From assembly GCA_965140445.1 (NCBI GenBank), contig OZ223236.1:4160001-4224000 (forward strand): 64,000 nt of DNA, read 5' to 3'. This DNA comes from Candidatus Ozemobacteraceae bacterium. Lineage in GTDB: Bacteria; Muiribacteriota; Ozemobacteria; Ozemobacterales; Ozemobacteraceae. Made by a program: the position numbers and the translations under genes. The notes below the pieces were generated by a model, which did no database searches, was not told the origin of the DNA, and saw nothing but the letters and a program-made list of their open reading frames with translations. The first letter of the stretch is position 1. Each line of letters begins with the position of its first letter. Of the stretch, positions 28,877-38,911 are shown piece by piece.

Positions 28877-28910
28877 AAGAGCTGCTCATTTCTGAGCAGC
28901 TCTTTTTCTT
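28877..28910 (+). terminator. Intrinsic terminator
   Basis: AAGAGCTGCTCA-TTTC-TGAGCAGCTCTT followed by T run. Confidence 0.85.
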
Positions 28911-28950
28911 TTTTTTGTTTTGCCAAATCTTTCAAAATGCCGTTTTGGAA

Positions 28951-29007
28951 ATTTTTTATCGTTTTTCAATAATTTTTTATTGCTTTTAGATTTATTTTTG
29001 TTATAAT
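28951..29007 (+). promoter_or_regulatory. Promoter with putative XRE operator
   Basis: TTGCTT-16 nt-TATAAT; imperfect palindrome TTATCG-N5-CAATAA at 28956-28972; 11-mer direct repeat 21 bp apart. Confidence 0.5.
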
Positions 29008-29066
29008 CAAAATATAAACATTTTGTTGCAACAAATGGTTTGAAAAAATTATCAGGAGAAAGCAAA

Positions 29067-29354
29067 ATGAACGAAAAAGAAATGGAAGCAAAAATTTATA
29101 ATATTTCTAGAGGCGCATACTGGTTCGGAATTATTGGCCGACTACTTGTATTCTTTGGAACTCTCAGTTTTCTATTTTTGATGGCTTCACTCATTCCCCA
29201 TGCTCTCAACGGTTTTAAAGAAATGGACAAATATCCAGCTCAATTAGCGGTAAGTACGATTCAAAATCTCATAATTGGCTATTTGTTCATAATTGCCCGA
29301 GACGCATTCGAATCAATCATATACGTAATGAAAGAAACCAGGGATACTGTTTAA
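29067..29354 (+). CDS. Small 2-TM membrane protein (DUF2975-like position)
   Basis: AGGAG RBS before ATG 29067; ends ...RDTV and overlaps the YozG-like gene (TAATG). Confidence 0.6.
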   Translation: MNEKEMEAKIYNISRGAYWFGIIGRLLVFFGTLSFLFLMASLIPHALNGFKEMDKYPAQLAVSTIQNLIIGYLFIIARDAFESIIYVMKETRDTV

Positions 29355-29572
29355 TGCCTATAATAGTCAATCTAGACGTGGTTATGGCCATGCGAAAAAT
29401 TAAGCTTAAAGATCTTTCTGCAAAGATAGACGTGACAGAAGCCAACCTGTCCAAGCTCAAAACCGGAAAAGTTAAAGCCATTCGCTTTTCGACCCTGGAA
29501 GCAATATGCAAAGAGTTAAACTGTAAACCAGGTGACATTCTTGATTATTCAGAAGAACCTGGCAACGAATAA
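29354..29572 (+). CDS. XRE/Cro HTH regulator, YozG family
   Basis: MPIIVNLDV...NLSKLKTGKVKAIRFSTLEAIC..L.CKPGDIL. Confidence 0.92.
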   Translation: MPIIVNLDVVMAMRKIKLKDLSAKIDVTEANLSKLKTGKVKAIRFSTLEAICKELNCKPGDILDYSEEPGNE

Positions 29573-29611
29573 AAAACAGAAATGTTAAATTTCTATTAAT
29601 ATAGATTTAAC

Positions 29612-29657
29612 AAAAAATCGCAAACTAACTTACACGAAGATTAGTTTGCGATTTTTT
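29612..29657. terminator. Bidirectional terminator
   Basis: AAAAAATCGCAAACTAA...TTAGTTTGCGATTTTTT. Confidence 0.8.
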
Positions 29658-29660
29658 TAA

Positions 29661-30434
29661 TTAGAATTTCTTTCCAATATAAAAAGCATAACCAAAATAT
29701 TCTTTATACTTATTGTATAGTTGAGCCTCATGACGCTGGCTTACGATAAAATCTTCGGCCCTCTTATTGCCTGCATTTTCCTTCAGAAATATTTTATCTA
29801 CCTCTAATTTTGGAGCAAAGTAATTTTCCGTCCAGCAATTTTCAGGCAAAATGAAAGCAGCTACCGGAATGTAACCGGCTTTTTGCATTTGGTCTACCTT
29901 ATTGGAAATTGTATCTATTTCTGGATATACATCCATCCAGAACTTCTCGATCTCAGCAGGGCGCTTCTCTGTAAACCATGTGGCCTCTGAAACAGCAATG
30001 TAACCACCTGTTTTTAGAAACTTTCGCCATTCATTAATTCCCCGTTCAAATCCAACAATGTAGATTGCGCCTTCCGACCAGATAAGATCTAACTCTTCAT
30101 TCTGAAAGGAAAGGTTTTCCATGGATTCAACAATTCCTTTTACCCTATTCTGAAAACCAAGCTTCATGGCGTTACGATTGAATAACTCGATAAAGACAGG
30201 AGAAACGTCAACTCCAGTTATGTTTCCAGGAGTATGCTGCGCCAATACCATTGAATTACCACCCGATCCGCAACCAATGTCAGAAATTAGTGACTGGTCA
30301 TTTAGATTATCGATAAAGCTCAAAGCTCTTTTTGTTGCTTCTTCGCTCCCAGGTCCCTGTCGTTCAAAGTTTGAAAAATATTTCCAGATCAATTTTCGAT
30401 CGAATTCATGAATTGCCGTATATTCTTCGCTCAT
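29661..30434 (-). CDS. Class I SAM-dependent methyltransferase
   Basis: [13 protein letters not shown] and [10 protein letters not shown] motifs. Confidence 0.92.
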   Translation of the reverse strand: MSEEYTAIHEFDRKLIWKYFSNFERQGPGSEEATKRALSFIDNLNDQSLISDIGCGSGGNSMVLAQHTPGNITGVDVSPVFIELFNRNAMKLGFQNRVKGIVESMENLSFQNEELDLIWSEGAIYIVGFERGINEWRKFLKTGGYIAVSEATWFTEKRPAEIEKFWMDVYPEIDTISNKVDQMQKAGYIPVAAFILPENCWTENYFAPKLEVDKIFLKENAGNKRAEDFIVSQRHEAQLYNKYKEYFGYAFYIGKKF

Positions 30435-30443
30435 AACTCCTCC

Positions 30444-31367
30444 TTACTTTTTACCAGCTTTGCCTTTAATTTCTGTTATGGGGGACAAAATTGAACGAAT
30501 TGTGTTTTCCAGTGCCGGATTAAATTCTTTCGGCTTATTCAACATTAAAAAGTGATCTGCACCTTTTATTATTGTGGCATCAAAAGAAACCATATGGCGG
30601 CGATTGGCTTCACAATTTACGGGCCACATATCAGCATTTATAACTTTGACAGGAACTTTGATTTTATCAAAAAGCTTTGCAAGTTGCCCCGTTACTGATA
30701 GTGTCAGAATCTCTGTTAATGAACTTAATGCGATAGATGGAGGTGCTGATGACATGTCAGAGAGAATCCACTCACGAAGTTGAGAATCAGTTCCAGGTAA
30801 AAGCATTTCCGATACGAATTGACGACTTCCAGTTTGAAAATCATTTTTAAATGGAGCCAGCATTTGTTCAAGCGCTTCTTTTGTCAACGGATATTCTACA
30901 TTTTCAAGCGTATCTATACCGATCAGACCTTTAACGCGATCTGGCATAAGCCGCGCGGCTTCAGCAATTACGACCCCTCCCATTGAGTGACCTATCAGAA
31001 TAACATTTTTGCTTCCTATAGCCTCTACTACGGATTGTACATCCTCGCCAAAAGCTGTCATTGTATATTTAGAGCGGTTTGTTCCAGAATGTCCATGACC
31101 AGCAAGATCAATAAGCACTATGCGATTGTTCTTTGAAAAAAATTCTAACTGCTCACGCCAGTATCTTGAGTCACAGCTCCATCCATGAACGAATACAAGT
31201 GTTGGCTCTCCTTTTCCATAAGTCTCAAAAGAAATTGGTGTCCCATCTTTGGAGGGAACAAACTTAGGCCATTCTGTTCGAGCATTTGCTATCCCAGCGC
31301 AAAAAAGCAGGATAACAAAAAGAATATTTATTTTTGAAACAAGCTTTATGTAAGTATTTTTAAACAT
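30444..31367 (-). CDS. Alpha/beta hydrolase with signal peptide
   Basis: VHGW, DLAGHGHS, GHSMGG and ADHF motifs. Confidence 0.9.
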   Translation of the reverse strand: MFKNTYIKLVSKINILFVILLFCAGIANARTEWPKFVPSKDGTPISFETYGKGEPTLVFVHGWSCDSRYWREQLEFFSKNNRIVLIDLAGHGHSGTNRSKYTMTAFGEDVQSVVEAIGSKNVILIGHSMGGVVIAEAARLMPDRVKGLIGIDTLENVEYPLTKEALEQMLAPFKNDFQTGSRQFVSEMLLPGTDSQLREWILSDMSSAPPSIALSSLTEILTLSVTGQLAKLFDKIKVPVKVINADMWPVNCEANRRHMVSFDATIIKGADHFLMLNKPKEFNPALENTIRSILSPITEIKGKAGKK

Positions 31368-31484
31368 ATTTTTTCCTTTTTCTCGAGAGTCATTAAATTT
31401 TTAACCCAAATTCAAATTTTAAATTCGAGCTTTTACTTCTATGGGCTAATCAAAAGTAAAAACATCTTTAATCTAGATTTCACA

Positions 31485-31913
31485 TCAAGGGCTATTTTCA
31501 AAGTTTTTTCGCTCTTTACAAAGTATAAAAAAGGCCCATATTGAAAATACGGCAAAAGGTAAAGATATTATACCCCCCGGTGAAATAGTATTCGTATTAA
31601 AGTCTCGGACAAATAGCACTGTAAGAGAATACCAATATAAGATATTACACCATTGTGCTGACAGCCATCCCCAGAAACTCATGCGCCAAAGCCCGAACGT
31701 GCTTACAGCCAATAATGGAGCTGACCAGAGCAAGTCGGCGATTCCAAAACCATAAATCGTGGCAATAGCATTTTTTTCAAGCTGAAGACTGGAGTCCCCG
31801 GAGTTTATTTTAAAAAAGACCAAGCCCCAGAAAAGTATATGAATTGCTGATGCAATTCCGTTTATTAATGCAATAACTGAAATAGATTCAGGTCTGATAA
31901 CTACACGATTCAT
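31485..31913 (-). CDS. Hypothetical 4-TM membrane protein
   Basis: Hydrophobic 142-aa ORF with GAAGG RBS. Confidence 0.7.
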   Translation of the reverse strand: MNRVVIRPESISVIALINGIASAIHILFWGLVFFKINSGDSSLQLEKNAIATIYGFGIADLLWSAPLLAVSTFGLWRMSFWGWLSAQWCNILYWYSLTVLFVRDFNTNTISPGGIISLPFAVFSIWAFFILCKERKNFENSP

Positions 31914-32000
31914 AAAGTTAACCTTCTTTATCCTTCGAGGGAATACTGTTGACTTTAGAGACTTCCAGTTTCAAATGGATGAGATTTTCCTGTTTTTGTC

Positions 32001-32720
32001 CTACATACGATCAGCAAGCTCATTTACCTTGCATAGAAATTGGCTGTTGAATTCAGGATCATCAATCCATGGGGCTTCAAGCTTCTTAGACAAATCGTTC
32101 GAGATCTTTTTACCTAATACAACTTCCCTTCCAGCCTGCTGCACCAGCTTTAGATAATTGGTCACCAATTTAGAAAATTCCGGAGTCTGCATAGTTAAAA
32201 AAGCCCCTGCCCCTCGATAAATCTCTCCACAAAGGGTCATTTGAGAATTCCTGCAAAAACGCCGGTAAAATGTTCTTAATACCGAAAAGTGGCTCTGCTC
32301 TGGATATCCACAATTGCTAATTGCGATAAGGCCAAATGGTTTATCGTATTTCATACAATGGCGGCTTTCTCCATTGCTATCTAACTCCCAGTGAGGATCT
32401 CCAATAGGCATCAAACGATCAATGAATGTTTTCATAATCCCGGTAATATTATCAGCATAAACTGGGCAGGCGAAAACTACGATATCCGCTTCGATAAAGA
32501 GTTTTATCAGGTGCTTCATATCATCGTCAATTACGCATTTAACGGATTCTTTTGTCCAACAAGCTTTGCAAGCTAAACAAGGATTAATTCTTTTAGATAT
32601 GAGCCTTACACTTTCTGTTTCTGCTCCTGCATCTTTTGCTCCCAATAGGAAGTTTTCGACTAAGACTTCAGTATTTGAACTTTTTTGCTTGTGTGTCCCA
32701 TTGAACGCTACAATTTTCAT
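32001..32720 (-). CDS. Flavodoxin family / iron-sulfur flavoprotein
   Basis: CLACKACW...CVIDDD, ACPVY and KTFIDR motifs; start at ATG 32720 with GGAGG. Confidence 0.88.
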   Translation of the reverse strand: MKIVAFNGTHKQKSSNTEVLVENFLLGAKDAGAETESVRLISKRINPCLACKACWTKESVKCVIDDDMKHLIKLFIEADIVVFACPVYADNITGIMKTFIDRLMPIGDPHWELDSNGESRHCMKYDKPFGLIAISNCGYPEQSHFSVLRTFYRRFCRNSQMTLCGEIYRGAGAFLTMQTPEFSKLVTNYLKLVQQAGREVVLGKKISNDLSKKLEAPWIDDPEFNSQFLCKVNELADRM

Positions 32721-32740
32721 GAATTCCTCCAAATCTTTTA

Positions 32741-32759
32741 AATAATGAACGTTTCATTC
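32741..32759. promoter_or_regulatory. Putative TetR operator 1
   Basis: AATAATGAACGTTTCATTC, near-palindromic, matches the site at 33424. Confidence 0.65.
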
Positions 32760-32784
32760 ACTTTTAAATTTTTAGTAAAAAAAA

Positions 32785-33396
32785 CTAACGCAAAACAGAG
32801 ATTCCAGCTAAATGATAACTTAACAACTCTCTCATAACCGCCTCTCTTTCCTTATCATCATAATCGCCTTTAAGGACAGACACCATTGCCTGAATCAGAT
32901 TTGAATAAATAATATCCAGAATTACTTTTCTGTTTACGCAACTATCACTGGCGGATCGGGGCAAAATTTCCTCGTAGTGATTATTTACACTTAAAACAAT
33001 AATCTCTTTGATTTCTTCCCTGAAATCTGAATATTCAGTATTTTCGCAACCATTCAATAAGACCAGAAGTCTCTGACGTTCCTTTATTAAGAATTGCAAC
33101 AAAACTGCATTCTCAATATGAAAAGATTTCAGGCCAGCAATTTTTTTGTTATCCATTCCTCTGACAAGTTCTATTTTGCTTCGAATCATATTCAGGCACT
33201 TTTTTACAAAGGGTTTAGGAATAATTGAATACAACAGGTCGATTTTATTGCTGTAATAACGATAAATATTGCCCGTAGAAACTCCTGCCTCAGCGGCTAT
33301 TTCAGCTACAGTAGTCGCCAAAAAACCATGTTGAGAAAAAAGTCTTAAAGCTGAGCATTCTATTCTGTGTTTGACTCCTGCTTTTTTTACCTGCAT
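32785..33396 (-). CDS. TetR/AcrR family regulator
   Basis: LFSQHGF..TTVAEIAAEAGVSTGNIYRYYSNK HTH. Confidence 0.95.
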   Translation of the reverse strand: MQVKKAGVKHRIECSALRLFSQHGFLATTVAEIAAEAGVSTGNIYRYYSNKIDLLYSIIPKPFVKKCLNMIRSKIELVRGMDNKKIAGLKSFHIENAVLLQFLIKERQRLLVLLNGCENTEYSDFREEIKEIIVLSVNNHYEEILPRSASDSCVNRKVILDIIYSNLIQAMVSVLKGDYDDKEREAVMRELLSYHLAGISVLR

Positions 33397-33423
33397 ACAA
33401 TATTTCCTTTTTTGCCTGTACCC

Positions 33424-33442
33424 AATAATGAATATCTCATTC
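33424..33442. promoter_or_regulatory. Putative TetR operator 2 (autoregulatory)
   Basis: AATAATGAATATCTCATTC, 16/19 identical to the site at 32741. Confidence 0.65.
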
Positions 33443-33986
33443 TCTTTTAATTTACAAAAAAATACTTAATTTAGCAACCCAATTTTACCTATTTGCAAAC
33501 TTAATTAGTTGCGAAATCACAGAATAATCAATTTTTGCGCAAAGCTCCTGGAAAAAGTCATGAGCAAAAAGAATACTCAAATTTTATCCAGCGACTGAGA
33601 ATTTAACAAAATGTGAAATTAGACTCTCACAAAAACTCAGCACCTATTAGGCAAAGCCAGGAATGAAATACTAGAATTGCGTTTTTGAACATATTGCACG
33701 GGCGTTTGCCAAAATAACCTTCTTAGGAACAACAAATTTCACCAGCAAATTTGAGGAATAAAAATGTACTTCTATTAAATGTTTAAAAGCAAATGGGACG
33801 AGTTGAACATAAATTTCTCAGTTTTCTACCAGTACTAGTATTTAGTTTTTGACCATATTTGAGGGAATGCACCCAAATCCATCAGCCAAAGGGGTGAGGC
33901 AATATTTATACTGTTAACAACTAAATTTGGAATTATTTGTTATTAACAGTATAATTGTCAGATAAACATTTAATTTGAGGTGAAAA

Positions 33987-35489
33987 ATGAGAAAGAGTTT
34001 TGTTTTTGTAGCTCTGTTTCTTGTTCTTGGCATGTTGTTTGGCCAAGCCAATTGTTACGCTGCTGGTGGAGTTGAAAAAGCCTTTGACAGCATCAAAACC
34101 AATTCCTATGATCCTGATGCGCAAATCAGATTCATGCCGGATAATGTTAAAGCCTGGTTTGCAAGATGGGCAATACTGGATAAAGCAACCAAATCAATTG
34201 ATGTAACCTATTTCATCGTTGAGCAGGATATTTTTGGAATGAGCATGCTTGGAATGCTTATGAAGAAAGCTAGACAAGGTGTTAACATAAGATTGATGGT
34301 TGACGCCCGAGGAACAAAAGGACTGACCAGAAAGCTTATGGGACAGGATGTTCTTCAAGAAATGCTCAAGCTTAAAAACGTTTCAATAAGAGTTTTCAAC
34401 CCTGTACACAAAAAACTCTGGGCAGTATTTGATGACCTGCGCAAACTTACGGGCAGCAATCATGACAAAATTATCCTCGTTGATGGCGAATATCTCATCA
34501 CAGGTGGCAGAAATGTTTCAGCAAGCTATTTTGTAGATCCAAGAGATGTTCCAACTGTCTACAGAGATACTGACATCCTTATCAAAAGCCAAAAAGTTGC
34601 AAAGCAAGCCAGACTTGCATTTGAAGAAGAATTTAATAGCGCCGGAAACTTCAAAATCTATAAAGACCTTTTTGGTAATGCAGACGTAATGAGTAAACAT
34701 CTGGACATAGCCTATAATTCTATGCGCAGATATATAATGGGTATGGGCCTCTACAAATATCCATCAGATAAACTTTCTAAAGAAGCAAATGCACTTTTGA
34801 AGAAATACGGCGATGAATTAAAAAAATACAAACATATGCAACACTTTGCTTCATTCAGATTGTTTGAAGGACAAAGAAAATACCCTACCAGAATCCTGGA
34901 CAAACACTCAATTGCTGGGCCAAGAAATGACATCACCAATAATCTTGTAAAACTCATGGATGCCGCTGAAAAAGAAATTATCATCCAGAATCCTTACGTG
35001 GTTCTGACTGAAACAGCTGAGGCCGCAATTAAAAGAGCCAGCGATCGTGGAGTTAAAGTAATTATTCATACTAACAGCCCAATGAGTAGCGACAGTCTTT
35101 TAACTCAGGCTATGTTTCTTGGCGATTGGAAAAGAATCTTAAAAGAAATGCCAAATACTAGAATTTTTGGTTACAAAATTTCAAGTAAGCTTCATTCCAA
35201 AGTGTTTGTATTCGATCGTAAAGTTGCGATTATCGGAACTTACAACATGGATTATGTCAGCGAAAAAATCAATTCTGAAGTAGTTGCAGCGGTAAAATCA
35301 CCTTCATTTGCAAATAGAGTTGCCCTAAAGATTTTCAATGATATTAAGAATTCACATGAATACAAAATTAAAGTTGAAAGAGATGGTTCAGTTACAACAG
35401 TATTTGGTCCAGAAACCCATTCAGATCCAAAAGTTATTAAAAGACTAAATCTTCTCCAGAAGCTTCAGTGGCTTAAACCTTTGATCTAA
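33987..35489 (+). CDS. Secreted phospholipase D family protein (ClsC-like)
   Basis: Two HKD motifs (HDKIILVD, HSKVFVFD); signal peptide. Confidence 0.92.
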   Translation: MRKSFVFVALFLVLGMLFGQANCYAAGGVEKAFDSIKTNSYDPDAQIRFMPDNVKAWFARWAILDKATKSIDVTYFIVEQDIFGMSMLGMLMKKARQGVNIRLMVDARGTKGLTRKLMGQDVLQEMLKLKNVSIRVFNPVHKKLWAVFDDLRKLTGSNHDKIILVDGEYLITGGRNVSASYFVDPRDVPTVYRDTDILIKSQKVAKQARLAFEEEFNSAGNFKIYKDLFGNADVMSKHLDIAYNSMRRYIMGMGLYKYPSDKLSKEANALLKKYGDELKKYKHMQHFASFRLFEGQRKYPTRILDKHSIAGPRNDITNNLVKLMDAAEKEIIIQNPYVVLTETAEAAIKRASDRGVKVIIHTNSPMSSDSLLTQAMFLGDWKRILKEMPNTRIFGYKISSKLHSKVFVFDRKVAIIGTYNMDYVSEKINSEVVAAVKSPSFANRVALKIFNDIKNSHEYKIKVERDGSVTTVFGPETHSDPKVIKRLNLLQKLQWLKPLI

Positions 35490-35501
35490 CAAATAAGAAT
35501 T

Positions 35502-35540
35502 AAAGCGGGCTGTCTCAAAGAGGCGGCCCGCTTTTCTTTT
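35502..35540 (+). terminator. Intrinsic terminator
   Basis: AAAGCGGGCTGTCTC-AAA-GAGGCGGCCCGCTTT followed by T run. Confidence 0.85.
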
Positions 35541-35667
35541 GCCAACAATACTCCCTGAAAAATAATTTCATTTCTTTTTGCATATACTTTTGACTTTTGA
35601 AAAAAAATCCGTATCTTTGTTCTAAGTGAAATTTATCACATAGCGTAAAACATAAGGAGCCTTCAAA

Positions 35668-36765
35668 GTGCAGAAAGTATTCGAAAAAATCGACAATGGG
35701 ATAGATTTAAATAAGCAAGATCTTGTGACATTGCTATCTGTTGAAGGTGAAGAAAACTTACAAAAGCTATTTGATAAAGCATATCAAATTAAGAAAAGAT
35801 TCATTGGAACCAAAGCATATTTTAGAGGAATTGTTGAATTCAGCAATTACTGCACAAAAGATTGCTATTATTGTGGAATTCGTAAAAGCAATGAAGAAGC
35901 CGAAAGATTCATAATTCCAGAAGAAGAAATTATAAAATCAGCTGTCTGGGCATATGAATCAGATTATGGTTCTGCTGTTTTGCAATCAGGCGAAAGATCT
36001 GATGATGATTTCATAGATATGGTTGAAAGAATCCTAAAGGAAATCAAGTCAAGAACAAATGGAAAACTAGGGATAACACTTTCATTGGGAGAGCAATCAG
36101 AACAAACCTACAAGAGGTGGTTTAATGCTGGAGCCCATAGATATTTATTAAGAATTGAGACTTCAAACGAAGAGCTATATAAAAAGCTTCACCCGGAAGA
36201 CCATATATTTTCAAAACGTGTTGAATGCCTCAGCAGATTAAGACGAGCCGGGTTTCAGGTTGGAACAGGCGTTATGATGGGGCTTCCATTTCAGACAATT
36301 GAGAATCTTGCTGACGACATCATGTTTTTCAAGAAAATGGATGTTGATATGATTGGTATGGGGCCATATATTTTTCATAAAAAAACCCCATTGGAGCAAT
36401 ATCGAAAAGACTGGGAAAAATCTCCAGAAGAATTGCTAAATCTGGGTTTGAAAATGATTGCGGTGACAAGAATTTTCTTAAAAGACGTCAATATTGCTGC
36501 TACAACCGCACTACAGGCACTTAAGTTTAACGGGCGTGAACTAGGACTAAAGGCTGGAGCGAATGTGATTATGCCCAATACTACTGACACAAAATATCGG
36601 GAAAGTTATAAGCTTTATGAAAACAAACCTTGCACTGATGAAAATGCTTCTCAATGTCGAGGCTGTCTACAAAACAGAATTGAAGGAATTGGTGAAACGA
36701 TTGGTTTTGGAGAATGGGGCGATTCGCCACACTTTTTCAGCAGAAATGAAAAGGCCAAAAACTAA
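35668..36765 (+). CDS. hydE: [FeFe]-hydrogenase maturase HydE (radical SAM)
   Basis: RGIVEFSNYCTKDCYYCGIR, RYLLRIET, GANVIMPN; C-terminal CX7CX2C. Confidence 0.88.
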   Translation: MQKVFEKIDNGIDLNKQDLVTLLSVEGEENLQKLFDKAYQIKKRFIGTKAYFRGIVEFSNYCTKDCYYCGIRKSNEEAERFIIPEEEIIKSAVWAYESDYGSAVLQSGERSDDDFIDMVERILKEIKSRTNGKLGITLSLGEQSEQTYKRWFNAGAHRYLLRIETSNEELYKKLHPEDHIFSKRVECLSRLRRAGFQVGTGVMMGLPFQTIENLADDIMFFKKMDVDMIGMGPYIFHKKTPLEQYRKDWEKSPEELLNLGLKMIAVTRIFLKDVNIAATTALQALKFNGRELGLKAGANVIMPNTTDTKYRESYKLYENKPCTDENASQCRGCLQNRIEGIGETIGFGEWGDSPHFFSRNEKAKN

Positions 36766-36773
36766 CAGCCACT

Positions 36774-38675
36774 TTATTCTGGAGCTGGTTCATCCATAAG
36801 ACCTGCAAAACTGATTTTTTCACTTTCTTCCAACCAAAATGAAAATGCTATAGGAAGGAATTCGCCTATTCCAAAGGTTGAATCCGGGTATTTCCCTTGA
36901 AGCAAGCCCAGGCCAACCCGAATTAAACCTGATATTTTTTTATCAGTGTTCATTATCAGGCGCATGATTTCAATGCCTTCATTGAAGAAGTCAGCATCAA
37001 ATCTAACCTGTGCTAATCGCCAGATAATATCATCTCTGGCATCATTTGAAACAATCTTTTCAAGCGTTTGTAAAGCAATATGAAATTTCTCAAATTTTGC
37101 CATAAAAATAACGCATTCACCCAATATTTGGTCAGTTTGATCCGAATTTTGTAATTTTTCAGCAACCCTGATTGAACCCATTATTAGATCAAATTTCCTA
37201 CGATAATTTCTATTGGATGGATTTGCTTTAACCAATTCAAAAAATGCACGAAGCCGATAAAAATCATCTTTCAAGGCACTGAGCTTAGCAATAGCTTCCC
37301 CGAACCGATCCAATTCTGATAGTTTTATGGCAAAGCAAACGAGTGCTTTTTCTCTGGATTCACCTGGATCAATTGTTTCCAGGGTTTCTTCAGCTGCCAC
37401 AAGATGGCCCATTTTCAGGCAGCTTTTAACAACAGCCAACATGAGTCTTGAGCGAGTTTCTGCGTCAGAATGCCCTGCAATTTTTCTTATAACATCTTTT
37501 ATGAGTTGATTGGCTTCAGCAGTGTAACGGTATTCTTCAAACAATTCTGCTGCAGAAACGATAATTGCGACCTGTTCTCCAAAATCGATAAACCCAGCGG
37601 TAAGCCTTACAGATTCTTTCAGAAAATCTATAGCTATCTGGACAAGATTCTTCCCTCGATAAGCCCGCGCTATTGCCTGAAGAGCTCTGGCTTTGAAAAG
37701 AGGTGAAACAATTTGATCCGCAGTCTCTTTTGCCTGTGAGAAATAGCCTTCTGCGGAATATCTGGATACCAGGTTACACATTAACTCTGATCTAATATTT
37801 TTTTCATGAACCTTTTCAATAATGTCCTGGATATTTCCAAGCTGACCAAGATCAATTAAATTACTTGCAATAAAATTAAGGGTGGCGGCTCTAATCTCTG
37901 AATTTTCTATGGTTTCGCAAACCTCGTGAGCCCAAAAAAACTCTCGACTCTCACCAAGTTTTTTTGCAATTTTAGATAGTCCGGTATCTCTGGATTTTTT
38001 ATCTTCAGCTCGCTCAACAAGTTCTATAGAATTGTTAAACAATTGAATGGCTCTTTCCCTCTGTTTTCTCAGGAAATAAGTATAGCCAAGGTCGGTAAGT
38101 AATCTTATTTGATCAGATAGTTCGGTAAAAAAAGCCGAAAGGGTCAAAGCTCGCTCAAACTCTTGTATTTCAGAGTAGCGAATAGACAAAAAGTTAAGAC
38201 TGTCATTCCTTTTGTGCACATCTTCAATATTATCTATAGCTGAAGAAGCTTCATTAAGAATTTTCAAAGCCCTTTCTGGCTGTTGATTTTTCCAAAACAT
38301 CATGGCCAGATCAGCAAGCATCTCTGCTTTCAAATCATTTGCTCTTAGGTTGGTGGCACAATCATACAGAATAGTTAAAAGCTCTTCTTTACGCGCTTTT
38401 TCCCTTAAACTAAGAATTTTTTTCTCAAGCTGTTTAAACGAAAATTCCCCTATCCTGACTTTGCGCTGGGCAATCCTCAAAGCCAACTGTGAAGCCGGAA
38501 ATTTCTCTGGAATTGAATCTATGAGGTTCAAAGTTTGCTTATATAAATTCAGTGACTTAATGAAATTAGTTTTCTCTTCTTTCCTGGCGTCCTTAAAAAG
38601 ATGAAACGCCTGAATGAAAAGATATTTTTCATTAAATCTGGTAATTTTTGCTGGTTTTCTGTTCTGATTTCCCAT
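36774..38675 (-). CDS. Alpha-helical TPR-like repeat protein
   Basis: Repeated helical units such as ALKILNEASSAIDNIED and AIQLFNNSIELVERAED. Confidence 0.7.
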   Translation of the reverse strand: MGNQNRKPAKITRFNEKYLFIQAFHLFKDARKEEKTNFIKSLNLYKQTLNLIDSIPEKFPASQLALRIAQRKVRIGEFSFKQLEKKILSLREKARKEELLTILYDCATNLRANDLKAEMLADLAMMFWKNQQPERALKILNEASSAIDNIEDVHKRNDSLNFLSIRYSEIQEFERALTLSAFFTELSDQIRLLTDLGYTYFLRKQRERAIQLFNNSIELVERAEDKKSRDTGLSKIAKKLGESREFFWAHEVCETIENSEIRAATLNFIASNLIDLGQLGNIQDIIEKVHEKNIRSELMCNLVSRYSAEGYFSQAKETADQIVSPLFKARALQAIARAYRGKNLVQIAIDFLKESVRLTAGFIDFGEQVAIIVSAAELFEEYRYTAEANQLIKDVIRKIAGHSDAETRSRLMLAVVKSCLKMGHLVAAEETLETIDPGESREKALVCFAIKLSELDRFGEAIAKLSALKDDFYRLRAFFELVKANPSNRNYRRKFDLIMGSIRVAEKLQNSDQTDQILGECVIFMAKFEKFHIALQTLEKIVSNDARDDIIWRLAQVRFDADFFNEGIEIMRLIMNTDKKISGLIRVGLGLLQGKYPDSTFGIGEFLPIAFSFWLEESEKISFAGLMDEPAPE

Positions 38676-38911
38676 AGCGACCCTTTAACTATACTTAAAT
38701 GATACAGTCTTGAACAAAAAATCGTAAGGCAATATTGCTCCTCAGAAGAATTTACAAATCTAATTCCATGTCGATAGATTACAAACCAGATAAATTCTAC
38801 ACACTGCCTTTTATTGATTATATCATTCACTGCCAGATTTTTCTTTAGTTTATACATTTACCAATCAGCAAATTTAATTACTATTATATAAAACTCTCTT
38901 AAGGAATTCTT

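Noticed and set aside
33490..33565. c-di-GMP-I riboswitch (GCAAAC...GAAA...GCAAAGC)
   Set aside because: The words are present but I could not build the paired stems; an Rfam scan would settle it
33694..33712. Sigma-54 promoter in the tetR-PLD gap
   Set aside because: Spacing is off by one on both strands and GG is missing on the plus strand
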